Origin: Candidatus Poribacteria bacterium
GTDB lineage: Bacteria > Poribacteria > WGA-4E > WGA-3G
Assembly (NCBI GenBank): GCA_022394775.1
Contig: JAGFCB010000022.1
Coordinates: 32,633 to 96,632 of the forward strand
Length of the DNA stretch: 64,000 nucleotides
Direction of reading: 5' to 3'
Position numbers and translations under genes: made by a program. The first letter of the stretch is position 1. Every line of letters starts with the position of its first letter. Shown here one piece after another: positions 59,521 to 64,000 of the stretch. A model generated the notes under the pieces. That model was not told the origin of the DNA. It saw only the letters and a list, made by a program, of their open reading frames with translations, and searched no databases.

Positions 59521-60360
59521 TCAGAATCTCGGATTAAAGAGGTAATCGTAATCATCTATTTTCGGGTCAACAAAGTCAAGGAACTCAGCATTATGGTCAA
59601 GCTCGCTATTCTCAAAGGCGGGTTCGCATCCAATTTTATACTTCAGTTTACGGTTGGATCCGAGCCAAGAGACACGGTGAATCATCGCTATCATGTGGCG
59701 AGGCTTGTCAGATGGGTTAGGGACACCCCGGTGCCAGAGTCGCATGTCTCGAATAAGTATGCTTCCCTTCTTCGCATTTCCACGGATAGGTGGCACGATT
59801 TTACGGCGTGCTTCCTCCTCTTCTGCCTCTATCCCACGTCCACTGACCACCAGATGTGAGCCTGGCCAGAGTTCGACACTGCCGTTTTCCTCTGTTGTCT
59901 CCTGAGGTGAAATATTAACAACAACCTCGGTTGTCGGGTGTGCCACCTTTTGATCTGGCCATAGGTGAGCACCGTCTCTGTGAAGCGGTTGGGTGGTGCT
60001 ACCGGGGCAATTCGTATTGCCGTTGTAAAAGTTGTTGTACAGACCGGGACCGAGGAGTTCTTTTGTCACTTGTATGACATAAGGGTTCGCGACGACATCC
60101 TTAAACATGTAGGGCGCGTACGGGGGTGGTCCTTGTTGGAGGTGTCCCTTAAGCCCACCTGCCCCGCCCCATCTCTCAGCATTAATCAGGATCTGGGAGT
60201 CAGCATCCATCCGTTCGCGAAGAATATCCAAGTGTTCATGGCTAACGACATTTTCTAAAATCACGTAGCCATCGGCGCGAATAGCGTCTACAGCTTGCTG
60301 AGTGTGTGTATCCGAGAGTTTTCCTGCGGTTAATTCTTTCGGTTGAACTGTTATTTCCAT
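59521..60360 (-). CDS. Phytanoyl-CoA dioxygenase (PhyH) family protein
   Basis: DGYVIL, QPLHRD, NGSVELWPGSH, WHRG. Confidence 0.9.
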   Translation of the reverse strand: MEITVQPKELTAGKLSDTHTQQAVDAIRADGYVILENVVSHEHLDILRERMDADSQILINAERWGGAGGLKGHLQQGPPPYAPYMFKDVVANPYVIQVTKELLGPGLYNNFYNGNTNCPGSTTQPLHRDGAHLWPDQKVAHPTTEVVVNISPQETTEENGSVELWPGSHLVVSGRGIEAEEEEARRKIVPPIRGNAKKGSILIRDMRLWHRGVPNPSDKPRHMIAMIHRVSWLGSNRKLKYKIGCEPAFENSELDHNAEFLDFVDPKIDDYDYLFNPRF

Positions 60361-60503
60361 TTTTTTACGATTAAACTTTCGCTCCGTATTTTAATTAACC
60401 CCCTAAATCCCGTTATCAGGGGACTTTAAGAGGAAATGCGTAAGTCCTATTAATGAAAAGTTTCCTATTCTGCTCGCTCCAGTAGCAGGCGATCCCTCGG
60501 TTT

Positions 60504-61868
60504 TCAATTTGTTAAGGCATCAAAAAATTCGGCATAGAGTGCTTGAACAGCAGTCTCCATATCTCCAGATTTTATGCCGAACATCATGCTAACCTCGTTG
60601 GAGCCTTGATTAATCATTTCGATGTTCACATTAGCACCGGCTAATGCCCCTGAGGCACGGGAGGCGATGCCGACGGTATGGCGCATCCCTTCACCGACAA
60701 CCATGACTAAAGCCAATCCCTTTTCTACGGAGATGTCTTCAGGGGCAAGTATTTGTCGGATCTGTTCAATAACTCTTTTTTCTTTTTGTGCCGAGAAGTT
60801 TTCTTCACGGATAATGACTGACATGTTATCGATACCAGACGGAACATGCTCAAAAGAGATTTCTTCAGCTTCCAAGATCTGCAGTAACCGGCGCCCAAAC
60901 CCAATCTCTCGATTCATAAGGTATTTGCTGAGGTATATGCAGCAAACGCCTTCCATTGCAGCAATCCCGGCAATCGGAATGTCCGTTGATTTTCGGTTTG
61001 GCAGGATCAGCGTGCCGTCTGCTTTTGGATTATTGGTATTTCGGATGTTAACAGGCACGTGTGCGCGATAGACCGGTTCGAGCGCCTCGTCGTGAAACAC
61101 AGAAAATCCGGCGTAAGAGAGTTCGCGCATCTCACGATAGGTTAACTCAGTAATCGGTGCTGGATCTTTGACGATAGATGGATTCGCTGCGAACACAGAG
61201 TCGACATCGGTGAAGTTCTCATATACCTCCGCGCGAACAGCACTGGCAAGAATAGCACCCGTAATATCTGAGCCGCCGCGCGAAAAAGTGACGACGTTCC
61301 CTTGTTTTGAATAGCCGAAGAAACCAGGGAAGATCGTAATTCCGGGACGTTCGTGTAGATCGCGCAGGCGGTTATACGCTTCTGGTAAGACCTGGGCATT
61401 GCCGGGTTCATCAGAGAGCAATAAACCTGCGTCCTTCGGGTTCACATAATGGGCATCTACACCTCGTGCTTGCAGTACTTGTGCGATGAGGCGAGCGCAG
61501 TTGTCTTCACCCCCTGCTTTCATTGTATCCATATAGAGATCGGCATCGGTTGTGCTGTTCTCCAGCCGTTGTGTTAGATCACGGGCAATGGGTTCAACCA
61601 CCTCAGCAGGCAATCCTAATTCAGCGGCGATGCTACGGTAACGTTCGACGACTTCAGCGCATTCGGATGCCCCGATTTTTCCAGCGAGGCGTTGCGATGC
61701 TGCGGCAATGAGCAGATCCGTCACTTTGATGTCTTGGCTGTGCCGTTTTCCGGGTGCGGAGACAACAATGAGGCGGCGTCCCGGATCAGCGGTGATGATG
61801 TCACAAACTTGGCTCACTTGCTCCGCTGAGGCGAGGGAACTTCCGCCAAATTTTGATACTTTTAACAA
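60504..61868 (-). CDS. lysC: Aspartate kinase
   Basis: KFGGSSLA, VVSAPG, RGGSDITG, TDVD, REMRELSY, ACT domains. Confidence 0.93.
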   Translation of the reverse strand: MLKVSKFGGSSLASAEQVSQVCDIITADPGRRLIVVSAPGKRHSQDIKVTDLLIAAASQRLAGKIGASECAEVVERYRSIAAELGLPAEVVEPIARDLTQRLENSTTDADLYMDTMKAGGEDNCARLIAQVLQARGVDAHYVNPKDAGLLLSDEPGNAQVLPEAYNRLRDLHERPGITIFPGFFGYSKQGNVVTFSRGGSDITGAILASAVRAEVYENFTDVDSVFAANPSIVKDPAPITELTYREMRELSYAGFSVFHDEALEPVYRAHVPVNIRNTNNPKADGTLILPNRKSTDIPIAGIAAMEGVCCIYLSKYLMNREIGFGRRLLQILEAEEISFEHVPSGIDNMSVIIREENFSAQKEKRVIEQIRQILAPEDISVEKGLALVMVVGEGMRHTVGIASRASGALAGANVNIEMINQGSNEVSMMFGIKSGDMETAVQALYAEFFDALTN

Positions 61869-61887
61869 TCCGAATCCTCCAATTTTT

Positions 61888-62006
61888 TATATTATAAACC
61901 TACAATTAACGAGACATCCATAGAAGGCTGGGTTCCAAACCCAGCCTGCATGAGAGGTAGGTTTGTTATTTTCTAAAGTGTTGATTTATTTTTCGGTTTT
62001 ACTATA
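61888..62006. mobile_element. MITE-like element, copy of 41353-41469
   Basis: Near-identical internal sequence with the GGCTGGGTTCCAAACCCAGCC hairpin. Confidence 0.72.
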
Positions 62007-62042
62007 TTTCGTCAAGTCGTTTAGGACTTGAAGGGAACCAAA

Positions 62043-62768
62043 CTATTTTTTCAGATGTGAGACGTGTGTGCCTTCGGCTGGCTGAAACTGCTGTGAATTT
62101 TCACCTTTGTAATGACATATAAAACTCCGCCGCCATCGGTCATGCGTCTTGTTCATATAGGAGCCGTGAATAACCTTACCATCAAAGAAAAGCGCGTCAC
62201 CGGGCGACATGTCGATGCCCAATTCTTCACCGCTCGCCGGTTTGACGGCTTGTACATTTGTAAACGAAATGGCAGTGTCTGCGGCTTCAACAGCAAACAG
62301 TCCGTGTTTATGGGAACGTGGGATAAGCACCATGCGTCCAACAGCGTCGTCGGATGTATCCAATGCGACCCAAACGCCGATGAGAGGATCTATGGTGATG
62401 TACTGTTCATCTTGATGGAGTGCCTGACCGCGTGCACCGGGCGGTTTGAAGTAGATCATTGTTTGTAACAACACCGGCGTATCGTCAATCAGTTGTTCAG
62501 TAACGCTAAGCAGGTTCGTATCCGCTGCCCATTCTTGGGTGAGTTCGTCCCAGTTGTGCATATTAATCATGCGTGGGAATTGGTGATTTGGGTCATCGGC
62601 ATGGTCGGTTGTGCCGCCGGAGTCGCCGGGTTTCGGACCTTCTGCCCGGCGTTTCATGTAATGCTCGCGCATTGACGTCACTGTGGCTATATCAAAGAGA
62701 TTTGGAACGACCACGAAACCCTGCTCTTTGTAGTGGTCTCGTTGTTGAGGCGTTAAGGGCATGGACAC
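62043..62768 (-). CDS. Phytanoyl-CoA dioxygenase (PhyH) family protein
   Basis: QGFVVV, FKPPG, LHQD, WVALD, GDALFF..IHGS. Confidence 0.9.
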   Translation of the reverse strand: MSMPLTPQQRDHYKEQGFVVVPNLFDIATVTSMREHYMKRRAEGPKPGDSGGTTDHADDPNHQFPRMINMHNWDELTQEWAADTNLLSVTEQLIDDTPVLLQTMIYFKPPGARGQALHQDEQYITIDPLIGVWVALDTSDDAVGRMVLIPRSHKHGLFAVEAADTAISFTNVQAVKPASGEELGIDMSPGDALFFDGKVIHGSYMNKTHDRWRRSFICHYKGENSQQFQPAEGTHVSHLKK

Positions 62769-62822
62769 GTTCTCCTGCAGGTTACCAGTCCGGTTTGGAT
62801 ATTGTTTTGAGCCTGTCTTTTA

Positions 62823-62931
62823 ATTTTATGGTAATTTCGGATATTTGTCAAAGTTTTTTATGTATCTGTGCGGGTCGTTTAATTCTCTGTAACACATTCA
62901 ACGTGACTTTCTCAGGAAGATATGCTATACT
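62823..62931. promoter_or_regulatory. Divergent sigma70-like promoters
   Basis: - strand TTGACA-17-TAAAAT (PhyH gene); + strand GTGACT-17-TATACT with extended -10 (ThuA-like gene). Confidence 0.55.
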
Positions 62932-62966
62932 TATGCAAAATCTTATGTTATGGAGTTTATTTTTTG

Positions 62967-63902
62967 ATGAATAACGAATGGGTTGTTTACGAAGGGAACG
63001 AAGGTCCTGGGAAGGGTAAACATATTGTCCTTGTCAGTGGCGATGAAGAGTATCGCTCTGAAGAGGCGTTACCGATGTTGGGGAAGGTGTTGGCTGCACA
63101 CCACGGGTTTAAATGCACGGTGCTGTTTGCGATTAATCCCGATACAGGCGAGATTGATCCAGAGGTGCAGACCAATATTCCGGGACTGCACAATTTAGAA
63201 TCGGCGGATATGATGGTGCTGTTCACGCGTTTCCGCGAACTGCCCGATGAACAGATGAAGTATGTCGTTGATTATACGAATGCTGGCAAACCTGTGATGG
63301 GGCTCCGAACGGCGACACACGCTTTCAGCTATAGCCGTGATCTTGAGAGTCCATATGCGAAATATAGTTTTAACAGCAAAGAGTTTGAAGGCGGCTACGG
63401 TAGACAAGTACTCGGTGAGACGTGGGTTAATCACCACGGACATCACGGGAAAGAGAGTGCTCGCGGCGTTATCGACGAAGCGATGCAAGACCACCCTATT
63501 CTCAAGGGTGTTGATGATGTCTGGGGTCCGTCCGATGTCTACGGCATTAACGATTTGACAGGTGATTCCGAAGTGCTTATCCACGGGCAGGTGTTGGTCG
63601 GTATGGATCCGACAGATGCACCGAAACCGGATACTATCACAATGCCGATGGTGTGGATTAAGACCTATACGGGTGATGAAGGTAACACCTCGCGCGTCTT
63701 AAATACGACAATGGGTGCCTCTGTGGATTTAGAGAGCGAAGGGCTTCGCCGTCTCCTGGTTAACGGTTGCTATTGGTGTATAGGGATGGAGGACGCGATT
63801 CCTGATAAGAGTGTTGTCGATTACGTTGGCGATTATGAACCGACGTTTTTCGGTTTCGGCACGTTTACAAAAGGTGTCCGTCCGGAAGACCATGCCTTGT
63901 AA
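62967..63902 (+). CDS. ThuA-like domain protein
   Basis: SGDEEYRSEE, GLRTATHAF, LGETW, HPILKG, TTMG. Confidence 0.8.
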   Translation: MNNEWVVYEGNEGPGKGKHIVLVSGDEEYRSEEALPMLGKVLAAHHGFKCTVLFAINPDTGEIDPEVQTNIPGLHNLESADMMVLFTRFRELPDEQMKYVVDYTNAGKPVMGLRTATHAFSYSRDLESPYAKYSFNSKEFEGGYGRQVLGETWVNHHGHHGKESARGVIDEAMQDHPILKGVDDVWGPSDVYGINDLTGDSEVLIHGQVLVGMDPTDAPKPDTITMPMVWIKTYTGDEGNTSRVLNTTMGASVDLESEGLRRLLVNGCYWCIGMEDAIPDKSVVDYVGDYEPTFFGFGTFTKGVRPEDHAL

Positions 63903-64000
63903 GACGATTTTTTGTCGGATATTAAATCGTGAAGGTTAGAACTCACGCAAATTACTTTGCAGGCGAGGTTTAAAACCTCGCCTGCGGTGTATGGGCCGGT

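Noticed and set aside
58837-59859. 340-aa plus-strand ORF
   Set aside because: Antisense to two well-supported genes and has no recognisable motifs; shadow ORF

Overview
Gene-dense bacterial chromosomal window with about 45 CDS and no rRNA, tRNA or CRISPR. Gene content points to Candidatus Poribacteria or a similar sponge-associated lineage; this is my inference from LamG/NPCBM proteins with an AVxPxxKLxTxWGxxK tail, many NYPNPFNPETWIPY C-terminal domains, WD40-cohesin-dockerin proteins, PhyH expansion and orphan BMC vertex genes. Housekeeping genes include rseP, family-4 UDG, priA, ndk, hisH, ribD-ribE-ribBA-ribH, hemW, thrC and aspartate kinase. Main observations: (1) a peroxiredoxin-like gene truncated in the ORF track because it has an in-frame TGA at the catalytic Cys position (W-U-P-N-S), a SECIS-like hairpin and an apparently leaderless promoter; (2) a 1137-aa orphan with Prim-Pol-like motifs, a Cys cluster, SF2 helicase motifs and C-terminal HTH/wHTH, driven by a perfect sigma70 promoter and bracketed by GTAG-type REP clusters; (3) many nested REP/MITE-like repeats, including hairpins read in frame inside priA and an ATP-grasp gene, and a 17-bp motif sitting at the ribosome-binding position of four unrelated genes; (4) two candidate C-terminal sorting signals plus a PorU-like C25 protease; (5) two BMC pentamer genes co-oriented with riboflavin genes and a NifA-type-GAF two-component system. 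All calls come from manual motif reading; no database searches were run.
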